Shown here piece after piece: positions 11,234 through 22,808 of a stretch of DNA of 64,000 nt (its first letter is position 1; every line of letters begins with the position of its first letter). Origin of the DNA: Balanoglossus misakiensis (lineage: Eukaryota > Animalia > Hemichordata). Location of the stretch: positions 6,907,846 through 6,971,845 of the forward strand of contig CM082577.2 in NCBI GenBank assembly GCA_040954595.2. Reading direction: 5' to 3'. The notes beneath the pieces are model-generated. The model was not told the DNA's origin. It did not search any database and saw only the letters and a program-made list of their open reading frames with translations. Position numbers and translations under genes: made by a program.

Positions 11234-14200
11234 ATGATGGATTCGAAGAAAGATAGTGCTGAAATCGTAAGTTTGAAATCAAGAAGAATTTTCTGCTATC
11301 TTTGTAAAATGTACATGTATATAAGTGCCCTAGAAAAGAGCTACATATAGTACCCCGGAAGATCTAAATCGTTAAACATGTATGTATTACTTTTATCCGC
11401 AGTTGAGACAGAAATTGGCTGAAATGCAGGCCAAGTATGAAAGAAAGAAGAGAAAACTGGAGGTGAGGTCATAGTTTACTTTGCTGGCTGTAGATTAGAA
11501 ATGTAATACTCGGAACCAGAATTCAAAACTATGATATCCTGAATGCAGACAAGAAATCTAACCTCTGCGTAGAAATGACAATGTTGTGTATTTTTCCTGA
11601 GATATGCTTTTAGTTTTCAACTTTTGAAGTATCTCCACTTATTTCTTCATTGCAGAAACACGACAGGATTGCCAAAGCCAAAGAACATGTGAGAAGAAAG
11701 CTTGCAGAACAGTCTCCCATAGACAGCCAACAGGTTGTGCCTCGTGGACCATCATTGTCAGTGCAGTCGAAGGAGACTCCATCCAAAGAGGAGAGAACTG
11801 GCGATGATGTGAAAATTGTCGGGGAAGATAGTGGGCGGACCGCTGATCAAGATGGAGTCGCTGGAGAAGCCAGGCCGCGAAGTGAGAAAGTGCAGAGGAG
11901 GGGAAAACTGCTGAAAAGACGCAGTGTTAGCTTTGCGCTGGATGATGAGGTGACAGGGGATCGCTGTGAGGAGAGCGTTGCCATATTCGATTCCCAAGAG
12001 AAGTCACAGTTGGAACACGACAACAGTGGGAATGGCGGTGATATGAGTGTGGTCTTCACCGAGGTGCCTGACAAGTCTCGTCGTCTCTCATCCAAGTACG
12101 TGGACAAGCGGTCAAATCAGTCTGGAGATTCCAGTACAGGGAATGTGGCGTGTAATAAAAAACATGTGGGTGGACATGCACCCGTGAATGTGCATCAACC
12201 GGGACATTTGAAGGCTGGCAATCCTCCGACAGGTGACCGGGTTACTGAATGCTCTGATCATGATGATCCACGAAAATCTTCTCGTGGGCCGGAGACGAAA
12301 ACAGTACAGTTTTCACCAAAAACGGAAAACTCTATTCATGACTCCACCGAATCCAAATCAACACACAACAAAAATGATCACCCCGAAACGGATAGTTGCC
12401 ATCCTGTGGCAAACTCTCGCGATCAATCGGCAAACAGGACAGATGCTCCGTACCCAGAAAGCAGTGACAGCCACAGTCATACCTGGGTCGAGGGCTTGGA
12501 TTTCCCGGCAGAGTACTATGTGAGGAGAACAAGGAGTATGGGTGGCCGTCGGCGGTCGGACAGCGTCTCACCCAACCTGAATATTGGTAGCGTTCACAAA
12601 GCCAGGCACAAAGGCAGAGGGCGCGGTCGCAGAACCAAAAGCCTCGGAGGGGAGAAAATTGATGCAAAGCTGCACGTGACAGTGGGTGATCTTTCAGGAA
12701 GGGCAAAAAGTGTGCCTGGTAAAACTACAGCTGACCGAAGTAACATTTACCAAATCGAAAAGAAACAAGCAGATTTAGATCAGGTTTACGCTGGTACAGG
12801 TTACCAAGACGTTCCTGGTTGGAGTCAAGGCACCGTACCCGATTCAGAATTGTCTGAAGAATCGCAGTCTATTTTTGCAAGCTGTGTGCAAGTATCGACG
12901 GTTACAAGTAGCAGTACCGCGCTGTCTGCTCTCAGGGACTCTGCAAGGGACAAATCTGGTATTGCAGAAGAGAAATCTCATCACCAAGAACGCGTGGAAC
13001 TGCTGATGAATTGCCAAGATAGTGCAAGTGCATCAAATGATACAGATACGACGCAAATCAACAGCGTGTCTGTTGCACAGAGTGGAAACAGTACAGCTGA
13101 CATTGTGAATGAACAGCAAAGTGATGATCTGACCAATGACAGCAAGAGATCCGACTGCATCCAATCCACACCAAGCACTCTGACCGAACTCTCAGAATCA
13201 CCCCGTATCATTTCCACCCCACCTGCAGACAACACCCGTACCCGAACAGCTCCAGACATTGTTTCCCCGCTCTACATGACACCTTGTGAGATTGTCAAAT
13301 CCAGACAGAGGAAGTGCAAACACAGTTACAGGGTTTCATCCGAGGAGACACGTGCACGTCAAGTCAGACAGAGTTCAAGGTCACGAGCCAAACGGAAAGG
13401 GCAAGCAGACGATGTCCATTCTGACCACTGGACTGATGGCAGTGTTTCGTGTCTTGCGGGCGGATCTCAGCAGACAGATTCATCGAGACAGCACCTTGCT
13501 GTAGAAAACACAACTGCCTCTGACATTTTTCCGACGCTTCCGCTCGGTGTCGTCCGGAAGATCAATCTTGTCAGGGATTTTGTGCTGCCTGATGACGAGT
13601 TTGCGGTTCTGAAACTACAGAAGGTCAGTGGTTCGTTCTCCAAGCGCAGCGCTGCGGGGGCTGTGGGGAGTGTACCGTCGATGGAGTCACAGGACACTGG
13701 CAGCAGCGACAGTCTGTCGTCGAGCTTCAGTAGATTCAGTGAGAACTTCAGAAAATCTGGCAGAAAGAGCAGACTGTCAAAGAAGAAGAAGAAGTCTGTG
13801 GTTGCCATCGATTCAGAAACGGTCGATGGAGTGGATGCTGTCATCGTCGGAGAAAATACATCAGTGGAGGGAAAGAGTTCCGAGTGTGGCAGCCTGACAA
13901 AGACAGACTCGGTTGACTTTCAGGACCAAGAGAATAGTGAAAGCAAAGCAGTTGACATCTCACCTCTTCAAGAAGTTGCCAGCCCTGCTCCTGCAATAGC
14001 TCAGCAGAGGGGGAGTTCTCAGGGGGCTAGAAGGGGTAGAGGAAGGGGCAGGGGTAGGGGGAGAGGTAGGGGAAGGGGTAGGGGCAGGGGAAGAGGGCAA
14101 CCACCCAGGAGGGAAAGTCGGGAAAGAAACTTCTTGTTAGGCAACCCTCAGTCTCGAGACGTTCTGGGCAGTCATGGAGACCGTGGTAATCGTCCAGGGA

Positions 14201-17200
14201 GTTCAGCATCACTGCCGCTTGTGGGGGAAAGCCCGGCATCACAAACAGGAAACCCAAGTCTTGGCGACGGCAGACCACAGTGTGAGAGTCAGCCTCCGGC
14301 GCAAACAGTCGACAGCAGTACAAGCAGTCTGACAGTTAAAAGAAGGCGAGGGCGTCCTCCGAAGAAAAGGAAAGGTGAAGGAGTACACGCGGAGACCTGT
14401 GTGCTGGAGAGTCAGAGAGAGACATGCAGTGAAGAGGTCACGGATGGGGCGGTCGTTCTGCCACTGGCGGGGAACAGCCCTGCAGCAGAGAATCGTCACA
14501 CGGCTGATTCTAAGGTGTTAGGTCATGACAGCGAAGCTACATGCGGGTCGAATGGCAGTGAAAATAAACAACCCAGCATGCATGGTGTTCTTCCGTGTGA
14601 AAAGAAAATTGGCCAGCATCTTGAGCTTCTTTCTCGGGAGTCGGAAAATATACATGAATGTGACAACAGTGAGACTACAGGTAAACAAAAATTAGGCTGC
14701 ATATCTGACGGCAGTGAAGCATTTACTTTAGACAAAGAAGGTGACGATGGCACTGCAGAAAATCGTGATATGAACAGCGGCCGTGTTTCAGATGACCAGC
14801 CAAGACGCACGTCACCTTCTCCAGTGGCGCTGAGCACAGAATCTGACATCCAGCATCCCGTCGTTGCCCAGCAAAGATCGCCCTGTGCAAACGCTGCCAC
14901 AGCCACTCCGCCCGTCACGGCATCTGTGCCAGACAGACTTTCCCAGTCGCAGTGTGACAGCCAAGAGGCAGTGCAAGAGATCGGTGCAGGGACAGAGGGC
15001 AATGCTGGGTTTGCTTTTGAGGTCAATTCAACTCCTCCACTTTGTTTTACAGGATGTTTGCAAGTGAGTTTCTTTCTCTTTGTCAGAACATTGCATGTGT
15101 TTTAATGACAAAAATCAAGTGACAGTGATGTAAACTTGCATGTGACTGATATACATGTAATACCGTACTACCGAGAGAAGCTCATTGCCTGTATGTGTTC
15201 TGCTTTTGATTTCGACAGCATGGGTCAACATTGTCGTCAACAGAAGACACAGCAGTGCAGTCCATTGCCACAGGTTCTCTGACAAACAAGACTGGGTCCG
15301 TGGATCTGATTGCAGTGTGCCTACCCAAGGTTGTAGTGGTGTGGGTTGAAGACAGAGTTGGCGAGGAATGGAAAGTTCTTCAAGTATTGCCTTGTGACAA
15401 GGTACAAAATCTACCACTTCATAACCATTGTATGGCTAGTGCTGCTGGTCCGGTTTGAAGTGAAAACAACTTTTTTACCCAATATTTCAAGACTGCTCCC
15501 TGCTTTCTATAGTTCTCCACTGAGAATAAAAGGGAGTTTGCAACCATCCTGATATGTTCTCCAAACAGCGCCCTCTAATGTTAGAGTTGGGAAATGGTCA
15601 CCCCAGAAGATTTCATGTGTCTTCCTCACAGTTTAGTTGTCTGGCACAGGTAGGCCAACCTGAGCCTTTTAATTTTCAAACATGTTCTTATGTTAACTAG
15701 GTGTTCCTGTATCAGTGTTTGTTTATAAACTGCATGGTGTTCTCTTACAAGTTATTTACCGCGTGAATACATGTATTCTTCAGTGCCAAAATTACAGTTC
15801 ACAGCAAGCTTATAAGTGCAATATTACTGGCCAAAATGAGTATAATATTATTACTTTCAAAAACTCCCATAATATGAACAATGTTATTAATTTCAGAATG
15901 AAAACTTGACTGAATTGTGCATGATCTCTCATCATACACACTGCACGGCTGTAGTGGGAGGACAGTTGCACAGAACATATGCCAGGTAAGCAAAGTGGGT
16001 TTTATGTCTGCGTCAAACGTATGGCCACATTGACGTAAAAGAAATGATCACTCTCTGTGTGTTAGGGCAGGGGGTGATTATTCAAAGTTGAGATGTAGCG
16101 TCCTTTAATATGAAAAGAGATACTGTGACATTAGTCAACACCTTGTCAGTGTTATTGTTGTCGTGGTCTGTATGGAGTTTTCATTGGGAGAGGGGGGGGG
16201 GGGGGGGGTGGTATTCGCTAGGGGTTCTACTTCATCTGAATCAAATATACGTTTACAAACAATATTGGCAACATCACCGTGTCATTCAGCATAAGGTCTT
16301 GACTGTAATATGCCATATGTCCAGTGCAGTTACCGATATCTGTAAGTGGTGATTAGTGTTTCAATCAGGATGCACCACAGGAAAAGGGGGCAGACTGTGC
16401 TTCCCACAATTCTGTGGGGAATGCGGGACTCTTTTGAGAGATTTGGCTTGAATTGATGTAGTGTAGGGCCTGTTGGTGTATATTACTAGTAGTATGCTGG
16501 AAATAAGCCTAAAGTTACAGCTTTTACCTCAATGACTGTCTATATACACATATTGAACTGATGAGGGCGCACTAAATAGTGTAACAGAGACTGAAATTTG
16601 TGCATGTGGACACACATGGACTCAAACTATTGATCCTCTGTGTTTGTAGAATGCAAATACTGCCTCTATCAAATTGTTAGTTTAACTATTAAAGCGAGTC
16701 TGAGCGTGACTCAAATGTTGTTTGACAACTTTAAAGCCGGAATGTTAGTCACAGTTTTAGATTCATTCTGAGTTGACAAAAGTATTGAATCAGTGCAATG
16801 TAAAACTGACCTTTATGAAATATAAGAGGATATGTGGGAATACCATTTATTTGATCAAACTACACACACCTGTGATTGCTAATACTGCAAGAATTGTACA
16901 TTTCACCACAATATCTGCCAGTCCATCGTCGTCACTGTTATTGTTGTTGTCAAAAACCTGACCTCAATTTCAGAATTTTCAAGTTGAACTGTGAAGACCC
17001 TGCCTCGGAGGGTGTGAACGTCAGCCAGACTCATGAAGACACTCGGTGTTTGGCACTGGTGTACACTGCTCAAGCAGATATTATCGTCTCTGCAAGAAGT
17101 TCCACTTGTCAAGTGATGAAATTCAAGGCTACCGACCAAAACAGGTAAATAGTGAACTTGTAGTACTTTATTCTGTACGTAGAGCCAGACCCCACCGTCG

Positions 17201-20200
17201 TGCAAAATATTTGCATAAATTATGCAAATGTGTACCATCCTCGCCAGAGACATGGGGGTAGTTTTCTCACACTGGTGAGATTAGAAATTAGAATGCAAAT
17301 CTAAAATTGCGAGACATGTATTCAGAGCTAATTAGGCGATTGTAATCACCAGTAGGAAATTTGTCATTAAGAGCAGACACAAAATTAAGAGAGTGCAATC
17401 TGCCCATCAAATGACCTTTTGTCAAATGTGGGAATTTGTCAAAGCACATATTTGATACTGTCAACCAGAAGCTGAATGAATCACCAGCAATAGATAAGTA
17501 TGATTTCTTCTGCACTTTGTGTCATACGATGCATGTGTTTCTTCTTGCAGTGGCGGGTCGTCACTGTACTCATCGGACGAACTACCAGTCCTTTCACTGT
17601 CCACTATCAAAGATGAAGACAGACTGCTGCTTGGAACTACACACTGCAGCGTAATACTGTGGTAAGCTAAAAAAAAAAACAACAACAAGAAATTTAGTTT
17701 TTCACAAAATTTTAAATTTAAGCCAGTTTTTTTTCTGATAACTGTATCCCAAAATTCGTAATAGGACTAGGAATAATTGTTCGTCTATTGTAAAGTGCGG
17801 GATAGTTGATAAACACGAATATCAAAACAGTGAAATGAATCCCGAGGAAAATTGATGCTTTTTACGCAGGAAGAAGCCAAATGTGCCATTTTTAGATATA
17901 TCATAGTCCAGAGCCTTGAGGTTTGTAATTTTATATTTCAATCAGCAGATAATCTTCTGTAAAAAAAAACCATACATAGCGTTTATGTACATACATCCTG
18001 CATGGTAATTTTCAAAGCATAGGTGTAATTTAGAATTTCTCGCCCAAATCCTGCAATTACAGTGTAACTTGTAAATTGCTTTATTCATCTTTTTACTAAA
18101 GTAGTCGGTAATTACGCCACTTTGAATGTTTCCATGATTGGCCCGGGAAACGAAGGATGTGTATTTACGTGGGTGTCTGTGGAACCGAATAGAGGGCAAT
18201 TTCATTTCGCCTGAATGATATATTTATTGTAGGTCATTTAAATTTTCTGATAAAGTCTGGTATAATCACAGGTGTGATACACACCTGTTGAAATGTGTGC
18301 ATTCATAAATGATAACTGGGTCATGAGTAAAAATCATCATAAAAAATACCCCCCAAAAATAACGAGACCTCTAATTGGGCTTGAAAATGTGAAACAGCAT
18401 GAATTAGCTTGCAATTACTACTGCTTTGGTCTCCAGCAAGCTATTAGAGCTATTAAGGTTATGATACCTTCAGGAAACCATTTTAGTGTTAATGGTTTAA
18501 TTTTTAGAAAGCCTGTGTAATATTAGTTTTTAATGTTATGTGGGTTTTAAATGTACACATGAAAGCATTGTTTGTTTAAGACGACAGGGGACTGAAGGGA
18601 CATGTAAAACGTCCATCACTTTTTTATGACAAGTACATTGTATATCATTCTTCATGAAATGGTTTTTTGTTTATTTTTAATTTTTAATGCATCATAAAGC
18701 AGTCTTGTTCGGACATGTGTTGAGTGGAGTTTTTTTTTTACATTTAAAAAACAACAACAGGTGCTTATTTTAGCTACAGTGGTACTTTTTTGCTTGTACC
18801 CAGTCAACTTTGATAGCTGCCCCCACAAGGACAAACATTTTCAAGGTCGAGAAAAGAATGAAAATTGCTTCATGAACGTGTGTCGCTTTTTTCATAATAG
18901 TGGCTATGATTTTGCTCTTGTATGAGAATGACATATACATGTACTACTGTATTATAGAAAAAAGTATACTGAAAAAGTTGTATGGTGGGGGCACAAACCA
19001 ATACCACGTGCCCGCGAATGCATACCTAGAAACGTGCATATTCTGTGGCCATTTTATTCACGTGTTGTTTTTACCAATGTGTATTTAAATTTCAAATTTC
19101 AGCTATAATAGTACTGCAGACATTTTTTTGTCAGTCAGCAACACGTGTGGTTCTACTCATCAGCTTGTTTGTAGATCTTGCGGTGACCTTTAAACTTTGA
19201 CCTTTGTCTAGGCACACGGAAGATTGCAGCAGATTACTTGATGTGAATGTGGCAGATGCAGGCTTTACAGCTCCATTGTGTTGGTATTCGGCCATTGAGT
19301 CTGTAAGTAGTGTGCTGACGATCATTTTTTTGAGAAGTCATATTTTTTTTTGTATTAAGGGAAAAATATGGGCATTAAACAAGTAGAAATGATCGTCAGT
19401 AGACATATCATGTATCAGTCCATGTTTCCAAGTTCAGGGCTCCGCGCATCAAAATATGGGGTTACAGAACAAGCAAAAGGAATATTTCATTTCCATCGGA
19501 AATTAGTCTCTCTGACACAATTGAACCTCTGAACCCTGGGGACAAAATTGTTTGTTTGAAGCCTGCCCAGTGAAACGTGATGTGATAATTTTAGTGCCTA
19601 GTTCCTGTCGTAAATTCATCACTTGCCTGTAATTATGGTATGGACCCAATTTTCCGATCGTATTCCACAGCAAATCACCTAATTTGATAGTAGTATTATT
19701 TTCAGTACTGAATTTCATAAAAAAGAGACCCAGATGTTCTATATATAGCCAAAGCTACAATTTTTTGGGTGACATACATATTCCAAAAGAACTGGCAGTT
19801 ATTTTTCATTTTTTATGCCATGCACCTTGGGCGGTTGTTCACGTTTAATTAATACAATATAAAAAAAAATGAGGCAAGTATTTATAAACGAGAAAGTCTC
19901 ACAAAATCACTGAATAATTCGTGAAAACTAGTTTGAGAATTGAAAAGGTTAAGGGGGCTACCCTTTTCTGAAAATCTGTCCCGAGTTGCAAAAACACCGT
20001 AACGTGATCAGAGGGTCAAATGTGACGTGCTGACAGTGATCATCAAGTACTCACAGAGAGAGAGTTTGTGTGAATGTTGCCAGTATGTCTGATTCCGGAG
20101 TTCTGAATGGTTTACACCCTCAAGTGCTTAACGCTCCTAACTTCAACAGATGGTCAGGAGTCGTTTAAATGGTTTGAGATACCATTAGGCCAGACGGCCC

Positions 20201-21539
20201 GGTACATTTTCACTGTTGCAAAGCCTTGGGTGAAAAAAAATATATAATTTCTGCATAATGCAAGTCGTTTGAAACCCATTTTTTCTCTCTCTCCTGAAAC
20301 AGTTTTTGTGAAAAGTAATGGGAGAAACATATGTCAGTGATAGGCTGATGTGTGCGATTATCATTGGTCCAGCTTCGTTGTCATTTACATAAAATTAGCA
20401 TAACATAAATAACAATCCAGCTATTGCAGTATACCTGGTACACTATGAAATAAGAACTGCTGATATAGGTGGGAGAATTTGTTCAGATGATTATCATACA
20501 GTTAAAAATATGCAAATGACCAAGAATCTCCAAGTTCATTTTTGTATGAATATAATCTTGTATAAATATAATCTCACTTTTCATAGACCACTTGTGAGAC
20601 TGCTCAGGGACCAAGAGGTTTTCTATTGAGATGTATTAAAATTACCGGTATGATGAAAATGTTTTTTCTTTTCTTTTCAAGGGTCTGTTATTTGTCATAT
20701 TGGGAGAGAAGTCTGCCAACAATGCAACAAGTGTCACGTCTGCGATGAAAACACTGACCTCGAGTCAGTGTCAACTTTTAGCCGTAAATCCAGCCACTCA
20801 GAAAGTGTCGACAATCATTCGGTATCGTGGATCTGGTTCTGCTCTGGATAGGTAGGTCTTGGACTCGCAGTTCAGAAATGGAGCCAAAATATTCCTCACT
20901 CAGTCACCTGCCATATCCAATGTGTGTCACCCCTTGTTCATCACCCTGTTGATAGGTCACCAGTGCCAATCGTACCAGGTGTTCTCACATTATTCCGCGC
21001 ATAATTTAACCCATACCCCTTTTGTTATTTCTCTCTAACCACCTGTGCAACATCTGCTTGGTTTTGTGTGTGTGTACTTTTACAAGTGAGCTGACTCGGA
21101 AACAACATTTTTGTGTAATAAATTGAGAAATGCACGTTGGCTGAGCAGTGTACCAGACAACTTCATATTGTGCCGTAATGTAACATCAATGAAACGGTGT
21201 GAAAGCATATGGCATTGGCATCCATCTGACTATAAATGTTGCAGCTTAGACCTGAACACTAGTTGCTGCAATCATGACGACCTTTCCATTGCACGTTGTA
21301 AATAGATGTCTATCATTGGTTTCAGGTGTACATTTGGCTGCGCGAGGGATCCCTATGTCATCAGCGCCTTTGAAGATGGCTCTATCCGTGTATGGGACAT
21401 GTTTTCAGATCAGCTGGTAGCAGCCATGCCGGCCCAGACCGCAAGCTGCGTCCATCTTCCGGCTGATCGGTCGGGGATTCTCGTCGGGATGGCAAACTCT
21501 ACTTGCGTTCATCTGTACGACCAAGCGCATAATTTATGA
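11234..21539 (+). CDS. PALB2: Partner and localizer of BRCA2 orthologue, 1509 aa; exons 11234-11266, 11403-11462, 11656-15063, 15219-15401, 15897-15985, 16974-17144, 17551-17661, 19212-19302, 20682-20851, 21326-21539 (TGA)
   Basis: N-terminal coiled coil LRQKLAEMQAKYERKKRKLE on a 60-nt exon as in human exon 2; ChAM motif EGLDFPAEYYVRRTRSM (12490-12540); MRG15-binding DFVLPDDEFAVLKLQKV (13576-13626); C-terminal WD40 exons (LLLGTT..VILW, GLLFVIL, QLLAVNP, GSIRVWD) with the same intron phases as human exons 7-13; total 4530 nt in frame. Confidence 0.93.
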
Positions 21540-22443
21540 TCGGATGCTCGTTATTTTCAAATGGACACCTTGTTGTGGACCTTACTGTACGCCGACCAAA
21601 ATTCAATGCCGAATTATTAAAACATTTTTTCTTTTGTAAGTTCAATCTCACAGTGGTACTGTACTTACTGAGTGTTTTCACTGCCATCAAATGTGCATTA
21701 TTGGAAAAAAACAACATTGAGTGCGATCTCCAAACTATTATAAATTGATGTTTGGATAGTTTGATAGCCACCACAACCTTGTAACCAGAATGCTGTTGAC
21801 AATTTCTCAGTGCAACAGGGTCAGGTTTCCTCCTGAAATGGACTGAAAGAGCTGAACAGTGTTAATGATATCATTATACAAACATTTCAGTTGAGAGAAA
21901 AAAAAAACTGACACAATTTGCATGTCAATGTAGAGTATACATTAAAGACCAATTCAGTCTGGTGTTTATATAGCGGAATTGCAGTCTTTAAAAAATTCTG
22001 AGGCTGCTGCCAACATAGGGTCACACAACGAACATAGGTGCGGGATATTAAACAGGTTCTGTGCATTCCGGGAGAATCCTGGAATGGGAAGCCGTTTCTT
22101 GGAAAGTGTGGGAAAACACTGGAAAATGAAGTTTACTCTTTGAAAGTTTGGGAAATTTGATTTGTGCAGTTGTATTGCCATCATAGAATGTTGATGACTG
22201 GGAAAATATTTGTTGGAAATATGTGTGAAATCATTCCTGGATTGTAAGATTTTTGACCTCAACAACTCCTGCAAAGTCCACAGAAACAGAAAACTAGTAA
22301 AATTCTGAATGAATTTGAATCCACCACACATTGTAAATCACTTTAAAGACATAGCACTATTTTTTGCAACTTGTTTTATACAGAGCATACATGTATGTTG
22401 TTTCTATATAGTAGAAATAATAATTTTATTGCATTGTGGAACA

Positions 22444-22453
22444 AATAAATAAA
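22444..22453 (+). terminator. Tandem AATAAA polyadenylation signals for PALB2
   Basis: AATAAATAAA ~0.9 kb after the stop, followed by T/GT-rich sequence. Confidence 0.55.
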
Positions 22454-22612
22454 AGGAAGCCATACTTGGCACAAGTTTATCTTTTCACAATCACTATCAT
22501 ATGTCTTTCACTCTTGTGTTTTTAGCATTTCATAACTCCAGCTTTCCCCATCAGGAAAAGAAATATGCCAGGCTGGTCAAGTCAAACAAGGGCAACAAAT
22601 GGACTAAGTCAT

Positions 22613-22687
22613 TGTGTGTGTGTGTGTGTGTGTCTGTATGTGTGTGTCTGTCTGTCTGTGTGTGTGTGCTTGTATGGATGAATGGAT
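22613..22687 (+). repeat. Compound microsatellite (GT)n/(GTCT)n/(GTAT, GGAT)
   Basis: Directly visible; abuts the inverted satellite copy. Confidence 0.9.
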
Positions 22688-22689
22688 AC

Positions 22690-22805
22690 GAAATTTTGAA
22701 ACTTCGCAAAGTCGAAAAATTGTCATTTTTGGATGATTTTCATGAGCTATAACCCATGATTTTTTTTTTTAAATGAACAAATTTTGAAATTTCGCAAACT
22801 CGAAA
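22690..22805 (-). repeat. Inverted ~1.3 copies of the 88-bp satellite monomer (left arm of a fold-back centred at ~22807)
   Basis: GAAATTTTGAAACTTCGCAAAGTCGAAAAATTGTCATTTTTGGATGATTTTCATGAGCTATAACCCATG is the reverse complement of the array monomer. Confidence 0.95.
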
Positions 22806-22808
22806 AAA

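Noticed and set aside
11650-15105. 1151-aa single-exon gene as given in the ORF track
   Set aside because: The start is a TTG inside a splice acceptor and the end runs past a GTGAGT donor; it is exon 3 of PALB2
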